Numbered from the stretch's first letter, positions 9,707 through 19,750 are shown. The stretch is DNA of 64,000 nt from an uncultured Nitrospiraceae bacterium (GCA_963706325.1 CAVPLT010000001.1:192001-256000), one strand, 5' to 3'. A program made the numbers and translations. The notes: generated from the letters alone by a model not told the origin.

Positions 9707-9904
9707 ATGACTTCGTTTCCCTCACATCATCAATTGACAGTCATAGCCGGCGGCCCGCCAGCCCAGGCCTGTCTTGCCTGTGCGGGAACTGTCCGTCGGT
9801 CTGAACGGCGATGGTGGCGAGATTTCTTTTGGCATTTCTTGGGCCGTTACCCCTGGCGATGCCGCAACTGCGGCCATCGGTTCCATACCGCCGCGCGTCA
9901 ATAA
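9707..9904 (+). CDS. Small zinc-ribbon protein with an amphipathic insert
   Basis: CLAC...VRRSERRWWRDFFWHFLGRYPWRCRNCGHRF. Confidence 0.6.
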   Translation: MTSFPSHHQLTVIAGGPPAQACLACAGTVRRSERRWWRDFFWHFLGRYPWRCRNCGHRFHTAARQ

Positions 9905-10009
9905 TAGAACCACACGAAACTTTAAGCCCGAATGATCTCGCACCACGCGAAGCTGTGCCCCCTCCAAGGCGGGATTTTGTAGGCAGGATCGCTGTACTAC
10001 ACTCCCTCT

Positions 10010-10387
10010 ATGCAACCGAACCTTCCAGAAACAATCAAGCTCCCGACTCCCCCTGCTATCACTGAAGCCACTTTCACATTTCAACGTATGCGGGACCGAC
10101 TAGGTGTTGTCTGCCCAGTCATGTTTGCCAGTCCTCAGTTTATCGGTGAAGGGGTTCTCCACAACTTGTCACGGACAGGGTGCAGAGTTGAGTGCGACCG
10201 ATCCATACGACAAGGCAGTTACATAACCATCCGCCTGCTGCTGCCTAGCTCTATTCACTCACTCAGGATTGAGGTCGCCGCGGTGCGTTGGGCTCAGGAG
10301 AAATACTGGGGCATAGAATTCCTGCGCCTGCCCCTCCACGAACAAGCTCGCCTTCAGCAATTCCTGTCGTATCACCAGTGCGGATAA
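10010..10387 (+). CDS. PilZ-domain protein
   Basis: RMRDR (RxxxR), NLSRTG (D/NxSxxG), AAVRW...GIEF. Confidence 0.85.
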   Translation: MQPNLPETIKLPTPPAITEATFTFQRMRDRLGVVCPVMFASPQFIGEGVLHNLSRTGCRVECDRSIRQGSYITIRLLLPSSIHSLRIEVAAVRWAQEKYWGIEFLRLPLHEQARLQQFLSYHQCG

Positions 10388-10686
10388 GCGTCACGAAGCC
10401 AGCCTGTGGGAGCTGATGCGCTGAACAGATAGATGTCGATGGGGATGACCCTGAATGATGTCAGTCTGACGTGCGGACGTTGAAGACATGCCGACCTCGC
10501 CATTGGACAATCGTCGTGCGAACGACAAGCCGCCAATTATCGCCACCTACGGAATAAGCTGGTAATTCAGTCCTTGAGGTGACTGTATTGGGTACAGCTT
10601 GAATGTCTGCTTTGAAACAATGCGCCTATCAGCTACAGCCAGGAATGCCGTTTATCTGACTCCTGCTGTAACTGTCGCCTCATACA

Positions 10687-11133
10687 TCATCGCCCACCGA
10701 ATGACCGCACATACATGAGCACTTGCCACGCCTCTTCTTCTGTCAAGACCAAAGGAATGAATGGAGCCATATCTGTTCCCGGACTCCCATTTTTCAAAAT
10801 CCAAAATAGTTCTCCATCCGTCCGCGCCTGTTGCCACATCTTGTCAGTAAAATTCCGTGGTAACGGACCCTTGAAGGTAGAATAGTCCAGATCCATCCCC
10901 AATCCCTTCCCTTCCGATCCGTGACAGGCACGACAGAATGCCTTTCCTTCAAAAAGTGCCTTTCCCCTGTTAAGCATCTCCGGGGTAGTTGGCAATGGAT
11001 TTATCACCGCACGCGCCGATTCGATCTGGTCACTAGGAACGCGCGGGCGCAAGACTTCTGAATCCGCCCCCTGAGCCACCGTCACTACCCCCATCAACGC
11101 GCCCACGACAAGCCCCAATCGCCCACAGCCCAT
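10687..11133 (-). CDS. Periplasmic monoheme cytochrome c
   Basis: Signal peptide (…VAQG/AD), CRACH, PRNFTD, DGELFWILKNGSPGTDM (distal Met). Confidence 0.92.
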   Translation of the reverse strand: MGCGRLGLVVGALMGVVTVAQGADSEVLRPRVPSDQIESARAVINPLPTTPEMLNRGKALFEGKAFCRACHGSEGKGLGMDLDYSTFKGPLPRNFTDKMWQQARTDGELFWILKNGSPGTDMAPFIPLVLTEEEAWQVLMYVRSFGGR

Positions 11134-11213
11134 CAGGTCCCTCCGCGTCCACGTTTAGCGGCGGGAGAGACGCGCGTGCGTCCCTCCCACCCAAGCCAAC
11201 TACAACAATGGCG

Positions 11214-11765
11214 TCACTCCGTCCGATGTTTGTGGCCAACCGACTGCGGATGCCCCACCTCGCCATTCGGCGCTTTTGCTCCATTCGGCCAGAGATGAAA
11301 GATGATACCGTCTGTCTTGGCCGCAATGGCAGCGACCTCCTTGGCCTGCGTTTCCGGCATATCCAAAATCTGGACACGCCCCGTGGCAATCTCGACCTCA
11401 TGATCATGGTAGTACTTATTCCAGGTCTCCAACGGAACGTGCGCCCGCGAGACGGACTTCGCCACAAAATACTCGATGTCCGTCAAAAGCGCGTTGGCAT
11501 CGGTTGATTCAAATAACAAACACTGCAGCACTTCCGGGGAGATCGGTTTGCAGTAGTGATGGTACGGACCGTGCACCGATCCGTCCTCAAATTTATGCGG
11601 CGCCATGACGTGAATCGTATACCCTTGCGCCGGTGTCGGCATGGCTTTCGCGGCAGCGACCGTCGCCGCTGGCGGAGAGGACTTCATTTCGCGAGAGGTT
11701 TCAGCACAGCCTGCTACCGCCAATGCCGCCGCACAGAGTCCGATGACTGCAATCGCACTTCGCAT
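11214..11765 (-). CDS. DUF1264/OBAP-like lipoprotein (paralog 2)
   Basis: Lipobox LAVAGC; HHYC, QCLLF, IEYFV, YYHDHEVEI, IFHLW motifs typical of DUF1264; AGGAGG RBS. Confidence 0.75.
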   Translation of the reverse strand: MRSAIAVIGLCAAALAVAGCAETSREMKSSPPAATVAAAKAMPTPAQGYTIHVMAPHKFEDGSVHGPYHHYCKPISPEVLQCLLFESTDANALLTDIEYFVAKSVSRAHVPLETWNKYYHDHEVEIATGRVQILDMPETQAKEVAAIAAKTDGIIFHLWPNGAKAPNGEVGHPQSVGHKHRTE

Positions 11766-11817
11766 AGTGGCCTCCTTAAAATTAGGATCTGGTGTTCACC
11801 ATTGTCGCCTGACAACC

Positions 11818-12324
11818 TTATTCCGTTCGCAGCTTATGGCCCACGGATTGCGGATGTCCGACCGAGCCATCGGGAGCTTTGGCACCCTTCGGCCACAGAT
11901 GGAAAATGATGCCATCTGTCTTGGCCGCAGTGGCTGCGACTTCTTTGGCCTGGGCGTCAGGCATATCCAGCACTTGAACGCGACCCGTGGCAATTTCCAC
12001 CTCGTGATCATGATAGAACTTGTTCCACACATTGAGTGGCACGGCGGATCGAGATAGGGATTTCGCCACAAAATATTCAACATCTGTCAGTACGGCGTTG
12101 GGCTCAGTCGATTCAAACAACAAGCATTGCAAGACTTCCGGATTAATGGCTTTGCAATAGTGGTGGAAGGGGCCTGCCACAGACCCGTCCTCCATTTTGT
12201 GAGGCGCCATGACGTGGATGTCAAACCCATCGGCCGGTCCGGGCTTCATTTCGCCTGCATATGCAACGCCGCCCAAAACGACGGCGAGCGTGCTTGCACT
12301 AAGCACACAAAGATTCCTGAACAT
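11818..12324 (-). CDS. DUF1264/OBAP-like exported protein (paralog 1)
   Basis: Start MFRNL at 12324 with AGGAGG RBS; Sec signal ending AYA; same motifs as the adjacent paralog. Confidence 0.75.
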   Translation of the reverse strand: MFRNLCVLSASTLAVVLGGVAYAGEMKPGPADGFDIHVMAPHKMEDGSVAGPFHHYCKAINPEVLQCLLFESTEPNAVLTDVEYFVAKSLSRSAVPLNVWNKFYHDHEVEIATGRVQVLDMPDAQAKEVAATAAKTDGIIFHLWPKGAKAPDGSVGHPQSVGHKLRTE

Positions 12325-13102
12325 GTTGAGCCTCCTATGGTTAAAGCAGGAATTGGACACACCCATATTTCGCAAGGTCAAACCTACACTGTCAGCTCTC
12401 AGCCAGTGAGAGCCGCTGATGATTGAAAAGGATTCGTGATTATTTCGATAATTTCGGCATGCTAAACGGTAGCAGTTGGCCCGTCAAAGCCCTCAACTGC
12501 CATGACATCAGTTTTCTCCTGAGCCGTCAAGTTTAAGGGCTTGACGAGGTGACTCAGAATGGAAGAATTCCCCCCTCCTGTTCGAAGAGAGCTCAACCAC
12601 TTCCCTCAGCGTTTTAAAAACACCTCGTGCATGCATGGAGCCCTTTCCGCGAGGCTCCGAGGAGTCGCGATTGAAACGGGGCTCCTTCCTTGCTCTGCCC
12701 AGCTGACTGCGAAGGACCAAGTTCTTCCTTCATCGGCCCAGCTGAGGGACACCGAGACTGTGGAACGATTGTCGGTGAGGTTGCCCCGTCGTGACAAGAG
12801 ATGCAGCGGGCCTACCCTCTAGAACGTGCCAGCCCTCGAACTGCCGACTCGCAAACAGCCTTTTGATCGCATAGACCAAATTTGCCAAACGCCCATGAGC
12901 CAGCGTGACGGCAAAACAACAAGCACCATAGATATAACCTGTTTGAAACATGTCGTAACTAGGCAGTCGGAAGCGGGCACCTGATGGCGACATTCTAGGC
13001 AGGATGGAGCTTTTGGTCGAGGCTTCGTTTTATGGCAGGAAGGCCCATGGGCAACAAAACACGTCAGGTTGAGATGGACGAGCTACTGAGAGCGGTAATA
13101 AC

Positions 13103-13702
13103 TCAAGGTTTATGCAGGGTGGAACGCATGAGACTGTTCGCGTGCGGGGGGAGAAATCCCTGATAGCCTTGATGCCGTTCAGCTAGTTCAAGCACCGAAA
13201 AAGGCTGACCATCGATCATTTCAGGCGCTGTAAAAATCTGCCGCAATATCCCTCCAGGTGCGCCGACAATCTCTCCTGCAAACACTATTCCTTTCGCCTT
13301 CAACGTGAGAATGGCTTTTTCAATATCTTCCACTCGCACCGCCACGTGGTGAAGCACCTGATCGCCGAACTTCCCTACCCATCGCGGGATGATGCTGGTC
13401 TTGCCACGGTCGTCCGGGTAGGCCTGATCCACAAATAGAGCCGGATACCCAACGAGCCGGTAGACCTTGGCAAACCAATCTTCGTACTGTAGCGTCTCGT
13501 CATATCCATAACCCAAAGCCACAAACTCTCTCACCCGCTGATCAATATCCATTGTGCGAATAGTAAGATGGTCCATCACGGGCACAAATCCCACCCCCGC
13601 TTCATCCAGCGCGCGGCGAAGCACCCGCGCCGCGTTGTTGTGCTCTAGAAAGTCGGTGGTCATTCGAGTAATCACGGTCTCAAGATCCGTGCTTTGCCCC
13701 AT
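13103..13702 (-). CDS. VOC-fold protein, DUF1338/HglS-like (candidate 2-oxoadipate dioxygenase/decarboxylase)
   Basis: [27 protein letters not shown]: His/His/Glu triad; third gene of a lysine-catabolism-like operon. Confidence 0.65.
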   Translation of the reverse strand: MGQSTDLETVITRMTTDFLEHNNAARVLRRALDEAGVGFVPVMDHLTIRTMDIDQRVREFVALGYGYDETLQYEDWFAKVYRLVGYPALFVDQAYPDDRGKTSIIPRWVGKFGDQVLHHVAVRVEDIEKAILTLKAKGIVFAGEIVGAPGGILRQIFTAPEMIDGQPFSVLELAERHQGYQGFLPPHANSLMRSTLHKP

Positions 13703-15242
13703 CGTGGTCTCCTTCAGCCTGCTCAAATGTCACCCCTTGCGCCAATGGCAACTCCGTTCCCCAATTGATCGTCGTGGTTTGGCGACGCATGTACACCTTC
13801 CAGGCATCGGACCCCGCTTCGCGCCCCCCACCCGTGGTCTTCTCTCCACCGAACGCGCCGCCGATTTCTGCGCCGGAGGTGCCGATATTGATATTGGCAA
13901 TGCCGCAGTCGCTCCCCGTCGCAGACAGGAACTGCTCACTATGCTGAAGGTGCATGGTAAACAGCGAAGACGACAGACCCTGCGGCACGGCGTTTTGCAT
14001 CCGGATCGCTTCCTCCAGCGTTCGATAGGTGATCACATAGAGGATCGGTGCAAACGTTTCCCGCTGAACGACATCCCAGTGATTCTCTGCCCGCACGATC
14101 GTCGGCTCAACGAAATGCCCCGGGCGAGGAAGAACATGGCCTCCGCATAGGACTTCTCCACCCTGCTGTTTGAGCTCTTCGAGAGCCGCTCGATATCCTT
14201 CAACGGCTGCTCCGTCAATGAGCGGTCCCATCAACACACCAGGCTCAAGAGGATCACCAATTGAAACCTGCGAATAAGCATCTAGAAGCCGCGGTATCAG
14301 CTTCGCATACTGTGACTCATGCACGATGAGCCGCCGAGTGCTGGTACAACGCTGCCCTGCCGTGCCGACTGCGCCGAAGACAATCGCTCTGGTCGCCAAT
14401 TCGAGGTCGGCGGTTTCGTCCACGATTACCGCATTGTTCCCGCTCAACTCAAGAAGGCTTCTCCCCAGACGATGCCCGACCACTTCGGCCACATGCCTCC
14501 CTACCGATACCGATCCCGTAAACGAGATCAGCGGGAGCCGTTCGTCCCGCACCATGCGCTCAGCCACCTCGATGTTATCCGTCGTAAACGACGCGAACAC
14601 ACCCGGAAACCCAGCGACATCAAGCACGCGATTGCAGAGCTGTTGGACCGCCAGCGCACAGAGTGGCGCTTTCGGGGAGGGCTTCCATAGCACCGTGTTG
14701 CCGGCCACGGCTGCAATAAAGGCATTCCAAGCCCAGACCGCCACGGGAAAGTTGAACGCGGTGATGACGCCGACAACGCCCAATGGATGCCATTGCTCGT
14801 ACATCCGATGCCGCGGGCGTTCCGAATGCATGGTCTGCCCATACAACATGCGGGACAACCCCACGGCAAAGTCCGCCATGTCGATCATTTCTTGCACTTC
14901 CCCGTCGCCTTCAGCCTTAATCTTGCCGACTTCCAGCGAAACCAGCGTGCCTAACGCGTCCTTGTTGTCCCGTAGCGCCTGTCCGATCAGACGAATGATC
15001 TCGCCTCGCTTGGGAGCCGGCACCATGCGCCATGAGGCCTGTACCTCCTGAGCGCGGGCCACCAATTCATCGTAGTCCGAGTCCGAGCAGCCGTAGATGC
15101 GCGCCAACAGCTCCTCTGTAGCGGGATTACGTGACTCCATCACCCCCGCGTGCGCAGTCCCAATCCAGCCGGGGAAGGAAAGACAGCCACCGGACTGTTC
15201 CTGTGCAAGCCCTAACTTCTTGAAAACGTCCTGTTGCGTCAT
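13680..15242 (-). CDS. amaB: Aldehyde dehydrogenase, ALDH7/aminoadipate-semialdehyde (P6C) dehydrogenase type
   Basis: [72 protein letters not shown]-like motifs. Confidence 0.88.
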   Translation of the reverse strand: MTQQDVFKKLGLAQEQSGGCLSFPGWIGTAHAGVMESRNPATEELLARIYGCSDSDYDELVARAQEVQASWRMVPAPKRGEIIRLIGQALRDNKDALGTLVSLEVGKIKAEGDGEVQEMIDMADFAVGLSRMLYGQTMHSERPRHRMYEQWHPLGVVGVITAFNFPVAVWAWNAFIAAVAGNTVLWKPSPKAPLCALAVQQLCNRVLDVAGFPGVFASFTTDNIEVAERMVRDERLPLISFTGSVSVGRHVAEVVGHRLGRSLLELSGNNAVIVDETADLELATRAIVFGAVGTAGQRCTSTRRLIVHESQYAKLIPRLLDAYSQVSIGDPLEPGVLMGPLIDGAAVEGYRAALEELKQQGGEVLCGGHVLPRPGHFVEPTIVRAENHWDVVQRETFAPILYVITYRTLEEAIRMQNAVPQGLSSSLFTMHLQHSEQFLSATGSDCGIANINIGTSGAEIGGAFGGEKTTGGGREAGSDAWKVYMRRQTTTINWGTELPLAQGVTFEQAEGDHDGAKHGS

Positions 15243-15248
15243 GGCGCC

Positions 15249-16340
15249 CTATGATCGAAAACAGTCCCCGAAGCGATTATTCACGATGTCCTGCAATTGA
15301 AATTGTTCCTGTGTCACGAAACCGCGATAGGCGTCGGGATTGGCCGTCACGAGATCAACCACGCAGCAGAGCGACGAGGCCGTCGTGACTTGAATGGCGG
15401 ACCAAAGACGTCCAAGCATCGTCCGCGGATACACTTTCTTTACGTAAGTTTCTTCGAACAATTCTCCCTGCCTGGTTCCCGTCACCGCCGCGTAGATCAA
15501 CACGACATCCTGGCAGGTCTGCGGAATCGCCCGTTCCAGAATACGTTTGAGTGTGTCTCGATCTTCATTGAGCTTGAGATCTTTCATGAGAAACTGAATT
15601 TTTTCGCAATGTCCGGGGTACCGCAGGGTCTTATAGTTCATGGTGCGCACCCGGCCACGATACGTTTCTGCCAAGGTGCCTAACCCGCCGGACGTGTTGA
15701 ACGCTTCGTAAAGAAGACCGTCCAGTTCAATGGTTTCGTATCCCTCCAATGGTTGCAGTTGAGCCTCTTGTCCACTTTCGATTCCGGCACAGACATTTCC
15801 GTACTCGTTGATCAACCCGTCGGTGGACCAGGTGAGGGAATACTTCAACGCATTGCTTGGATGCACCGGTAAGGCACCCACTCGCATTTTCACGCTATCG
15901 ACGGTTTCAAAATGGCCGATCAGTTCGTTCGTCGCGATACTGATGAACCCGGGAGCTAACCCACACTGTGGAATAAACGCCCGATCCGATGCCTCGCTGA
16001 TAGCCCTGACACGATCGGTCACGCCGACGTCTTCGGTCAGGTCGAAGTAATGCATGCGATAGGCTCGCGCAATTTCCGCCACTGTTTGATTGCAGAAGTA
16101 CGGCAGGCTGGAGATGACGGCCTCGAACCGATGGGCTGTGACATATTGTGCGACTACGTCGGGCCGACGCACATCCAACGCACAGGGAGTCACCGTGGAA
16201 AGCGACAGCGCGTCGACCAGCCGTTTGGGAGCGTCCAGGGTCAGATCAGCCAGATGAACCTGATACTGCCCCTTCGCCGAAAGCAGTCCTGCGATGAGAG
16301 ACCCGATTTTTCCAGCTCCAAGCACCAGCACCTGAGGCAT
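15249..16340 (-). CDS. Saccharopine dehydrogenase / lysine 6-dehydrogenase family protein
   Basis: GAGKIG Rossmann motif, YFDLTEDV, QCGLAPG, TWSTDGLINEY, EAFNTSGG, YKTLRYPGH. Confidence 0.9.
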   Translation of the reverse strand: MPQVLVLGAGKIGSLIAGLLSAKGQYQVHLADLTLDAPKRLVDALSLSTVTPCALDVRRPDVVAQYVTAHRFEAVISSLPYFCNQTVAEIARAYRMHYFDLTEDVGVTDRVRAISEASDRAFIPQCGLAPGFISIATNELIGHFETVDSVKMRVGALPVHPSNALKYSLTWSTDGLINEYGNVCAGIESGQEAQLQPLEGYETIELDGLLYEAFNTSGGLGTLAETYRGRVRTMNYKTLRYPGHCEKIQFLMKDLKLNEDRDTLKRILERAIPQTCQDVVLIYAAVTGTRQGELFEETYVKKVYPRTMLGRLWSAIQVTTASSLCCVVDLVTANPDAYRGFVTQEQFQLQDIVNNRFGDCFRS

Positions 16341-16429
16341 CCGTCACCTCAAATCCATTATACTCCTTCACAGGAAAAGAGCCGCGTTTTCTAAGAACCG
16401 GTGAAAAACTGATGTGATAGGACGATCGC

Positions 16430-17188
16430 CTAGGACGAGGCCTGACGAGAACGGGAAGGGGTAATCAGCGCGGATGATGGTGGAGTGGACACAGAAGAGG
16501 CGTGATTGTCCATTGCCTCGAACAAGAGGCAACATTTCAGGCGACCACACACGCCGAGAAGCTTGGGGTCATCGACAGGAAGCCCGAGGATCCGAGCCTG
16601 CTTGACCGTCACAGGCTTGACTTCCGTAAGAAAGCTCGCGCAACACAACACCAAACCACAGGTATCGATGCCTCCCAATCGGCTCGCTTCGTCGCGCGCA
16701 CCGATCTGGCGCATTTCGATCCGTCCACCGAATCGACGCGCCAGCAATCGGACTAACTCTCGAAAGTCGATTCGATCCTCCGCGGTGTACACAAAGGTCA
16801 TTTGGCGACGGTGCAGCGAATAGAAAACCTCCACCAGCTTCATCTTCAACCTAAGCGCCGCCGCCTGTTCACGACAGGCCTTCATTCCTTCAGATGCAAG
16901 CCGTTCATAACGATCAATGGTAGCAACGTCTTCCTTGGTGGCCTTCCGCGAGATCGGTTGAATCACCCGCATGGGCGGGATGAAGGGCGTCAGCTGGGGG
17001 ACCGCATAGACCACCCCGTAACTTAGCTCCCCGGCGACCTCGAGCAGCACCCGATCCCCCGCGGCGAGTATGGCATCCCCGGCGTCGAACTTCTTGACCT
17101 CTCCGAGATCACGGATTTTGACTCCCACGATTCGGACGGCTGAGGGATAGGGCTTGGCAAGCTCTTGAGCGAGTAGGCTATTGATCAT
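16430..17188 (-). CDS. ricT: PSP1/RicT (YaaT) family Fe-S protein
   Basis: RIDFRELVR, RIEMRQIGARDEA, CGLVLCC, GVCGRLKCCL. Confidence 0.88.
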   Translation of the reverse strand: MINSLLAQELAKPYPSAVRIVGVKIRDLGEVKKFDAGDAILAAGDRVLLEVAGELSYGVVYAVPQLTPFIPPMRVIQPISRKATKEDVATIDRYERLASEGMKACREQAAALRLKMKLVEVFYSLHRRQMTFVYTAEDRIDFRELVRLLARRFGGRIEMRQIGARDEASRLGGIDTCGLVLCCASFLTEVKPVTVKQARILGLPVDDPKLLGVCGRLKCCLLFEAMDNHASSVSTPPSSALITPSRSRQASS

Positions 17189-17434
17189 GAGGGCATCCTA
17201 CACCATCCGATCTTTCAATTGGAATCCTCAACGCCCTACCAACCGACCCCGATTCATCATTCATTCTGAATTCGTCAGGAGACATCCATGGGATCAGACG
17301 CCGCCGATGAGAGGCTCTAAGTATACGATTAAAAATGACTTTTTAGCTGGGAAGCGGAAATAGAAAATATGTTAGGCTACTCGGGAGCAGGAAGTGACGG
17401 AGGATCAGTTCATCGATCAGACAGTGAGGGAACG

Positions 17435-17680
17435 GTGCGAATACCACATAAAGTCGTCCTGCCATTCGGCTATCACATTATGATTCGTCTGGTCACTGAT
17501 TCTGAAATGGACCGGCAAGATGTGAATGCCGATGGAATTTGGGACAACGAATCCAAAACGATCTATATCCGCAAGCGACTCCCGGTCACACGACGGAGAT
17601 ATATCCTCGCCCATGAACTCGGACACGCGTGGCTCGACTGGCAACATCGCTATCTGGATGACGGAAAAGCTCGTACTTAA
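17435..17680 (+). CDS. Minimal ImmA/IrrE-like HEXXH metallopeptidase domain protein
   Basis: GTG start after GAGGG; DGIWD, IYIR, RRYILAHELGHA. Confidence 0.7.
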   Translation: MRIPHKVVLPFGYHIMIRLVTDSEMDRQDVNADGIWDNESKTIYIRKRLPVTRRRYILAHELGHAWLDWQHRYLDDGKART

Positions 17681-17693
17681 GGGCCGTGGCCCA

Positions 17694-18203
17694 TTAACGG
17701 GCCACGGCCTTCTTAGCTCCCTCCCGCTTGGCTTGTGCTTCAACGAGCCGGATAATTTCCACCCACTCCTTGTCTCCCACCGGTTGGACCGAAAGCCGCG
17801 AACCCTTCCGAAGCAGCTCCATGCCCTTGAGCCTAGATTCTCCTCGTAGCATATCCAGGGACAACGGCACCTTGAATTTTCTGACAAACCGAATGTCCAC
17901 CATGTCCCAGCGCGGGTGATCAAGAGCGCTGCTGGGATCATAGTGCGCACCTCCCGTATCGAACTGGGTGGGATCAGGATGAGCGCCTTTGACCACCTCT
18001 GCGATTCCCACGACAGCCGGCGGGGTCGCATTGCTGTGGTAATACAACACCTGATCGCCCACCTGCATGGCCCGCATAAAGTTGCGAGCCTGGTAGTTCC
18101 GCACCCCGTCCCAAGACGTGGTCTGCTTCGGTGCCCCGGCAAGGTCATCGATCGAGAACGCTTCGGGCTCTGACTTCATCAACCAATATTGGCAATCTGC
18201 CAT
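17694..18203 (-). CDS. EVE domain protein
   Basis: YWLMKSEP, WDGVRNYQARNFM, GDQVLYYHS, RLSVQPV. Confidence 0.93.
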   Translation of the reverse strand: MADCQYWLMKSEPEAFSIDDLAGAPKQTTSWDGVRNYQARNFMRAMQVGDQVLYYHSNATPPAVVGIAEVVKGAHPDPTQFDTGGAHYDPSSALDHPRWDMVDIRFVRKFKVPLSLDMLRGESRLKGMELLRKGSRLSVQPVGDKEWVEIIRLVEAQAKREGAKKAVAR

Positions 18204-18284
18204 CCATACCTCCAGTACACTTGGTGTCTCACGTGCCTCAGTGTATGCTGAGCATTTGATCGTAACTGTTAACGCGGAGCATGC

Positions 18285-19097
18285 ATGGACCTGACTCTCC
18301 TGTGGTTCGGTATGTACAAGGCCGCAAAGTATGCGCTGCACCCATTGTCCTGGATTACCATCACCGGCCTGTTGACGTTGTTGAACGCATGCCTTCCCAT
18401 GACTCCTAAACGAATCACCTGGGTGAGACGGTTCGCGTTCTGGACGGTGTTGCTCCTGGTGCTGACCGCCACACCGATCTTATCCTACATGTATATCGCG
18501 TGGTTGGAAGGATGGTATCCGCCATTCAACGCGACGGCCGCCACGAAAGTCGACGCTGTCGTCGTGCTGGCAGGAGGTGTGGTTGGGAAAGGATCACTCA
18601 GACCGACCGAGGATGTCTCGGATTCGTCACGCCAACGCACTGCCTGTGGCGCAGACCTGTGGCTCCAGGGTCTCGCCCCCAAGCTGCTGCTTACCGGCGG
18701 GGACGCCACTGTACTTCGTACCGGTCCGCTGGTATCTCATGAAATGAAACGGTGGGCTCTGCGCCTCGGTGTCTTGGAATCGGCCATCCTCGTGGAGGAT
18801 GGGTCCAGGACCACTTACGAAAATGCCGTCCAGAGCAAGGCAGTTCTTGGAGGAGGGCATATTCTGCTGGTAACCACCGCCTACCATCTGCCTCGCGCCG
18901 TGGGCCTGTTCGAGAAACAAGGCTTTGTCGTGACGCCGGTCGCCTGCGGCTATGAATCACAACATACCCCGGCACAAGCTTGGGCACAGAGTACGCCATT
19001 CGATTTCCTTCCAAGCGCCAAAGCCTTGCTCCTCTCCACGCAGGCCGTCGACGAAGTCGCCGGGATGCTGGTCTATTGGATGGCCGGAAAATTATGA
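18285..19097 (+). CDS. YdcF/ElyC (DUF218) family protein
   Basis: Two N-terminal TM segments, VVVLAGG, LLLTGG, SRTTYENA, LVTTAYHLPRA. Confidence 0.9.
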   Translation: MDLTLLWFGMYKAAKYALHPLSWITITGLLTLLNACLPMTPKRITWVRRFAFWTVLLLVLTATPILSYMYIAWLEGWYPPFNATAATKVDAVVVLAGGVVGKGSLRPTEDVSDSSRQRTACGADLWLQGLAPKLLLTGGDATVLRTGPLVSHEMKRWALRLGVLESAILVEDGSRTTYENAVQSKAVLGGGHILLVTTAYHLPRAVGLFEKQGFVVTPVACGYESQHTPAQAWAQSTPFDFLPSAKALLLSTQAVDEVAGMLVYWMAGKL

Positions 19098-19293
19098 GAC
19101 CCGAGAAATCGAGCCGATTGCAGCACCCACTGCACCACAATGCGGAAGCAGCCGCTGCCGTCTCCTGCATGGGCCAGGTAGAGCAGCTGCACAAGCCCCC
19201 TGGTGATGACAGTCTTCAGCGCCAGCCGACGAGCGGATTGCCGGCCAGAATCAGCAGCGCCGGGTGCGATCCAAATCAGACCACTCGCATGGT

Positions 19294-19665
19294 TCAGTCT
19301 CCACCAGGCTCATTTTCCAAATAGTCGATCACAGAAGCATACGTCAGCTCGCGGATGCGGGCCTTGGAGGAACCGGGTGCATCGAGGTTGCGTTCGAGCC
19401 ACACGCGTTCGGTGATCTGGACGCGACCTTCATTGCACCGCCGCCACATCTCGTGCAACAACTCGATCGGCAGGCCGACTTGCACGCCTTCCGATTCGAT
19501 ACGGTCGTCCAAGATCGCCAGTAAATCGGCGATGGCATGATCCGGCTGGTACGGCGGCGCGGAAAACCCAAAGGCCTGCTGAGCCTGCGACTCTTGACGA
19601 GCCTGCTCGACAAGGTCCTGCATGTATTCCTTGAGCAAGCCGATGATGTGACCAGATAAGCGCAT
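19294..19665 (-). CDS. Hypothetical protein
   Basis: Helical ORF; likely start MRLSGH. Confidence 0.65.
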   Translation of the reverse strand: MRLSGHIIGLLKEYMQDLVEQARQESQAQQAFGFSAPPYQPDHAIADLLAILDDRIESEGVQVGLPIELLHEMWRRCNEGRVQITERVWLERNLDAPGSSKARIRELTYASVIDYLENEPGGD

Positions 19666-19750
19666 CAGCGACAGAGTATCCGCAACATTCCTCCCGGAGC
19701 AAGGCATGTTTCGAAGACGCGTCGGTTGACCCCAGAATCAGTGATTCTCT

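Larger units (their letters stand above)
5498..13090. mobile_element. Degenerate tRNA-Lys-anchored genomic island or accessory region (right boundary uncertain)
   Basis: Integrase remnant at the tRNA 3' end, low coding density, AT-rich tracts and fragmentary ORFs; dense core-like genes resume at 13103. Confidence 0.55.

Noticed and set aside
12346..12381. TTGACCTT resembling a CueR/MerR-type promoter upstream of the DUF1264 operon
   Set aside because: The dyad is imperfect and too short and there is no convincing -10 at 19-nt spacing, so copper regulation cannot be claimed.
12683..12747. Imperfect direct repeat (CTTCCTT...GCCCAGCTGA twice)
   Set aside because: Only two degenerate copies with no associated gene or recognisable RNA motif.
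5498..13100. Distal attR copy of the tRNA-Lys 3' end
   Set aside because: I found no duplicate of CCTACACGGCCCACCA by eye, so the island's right boundary is unsupported.
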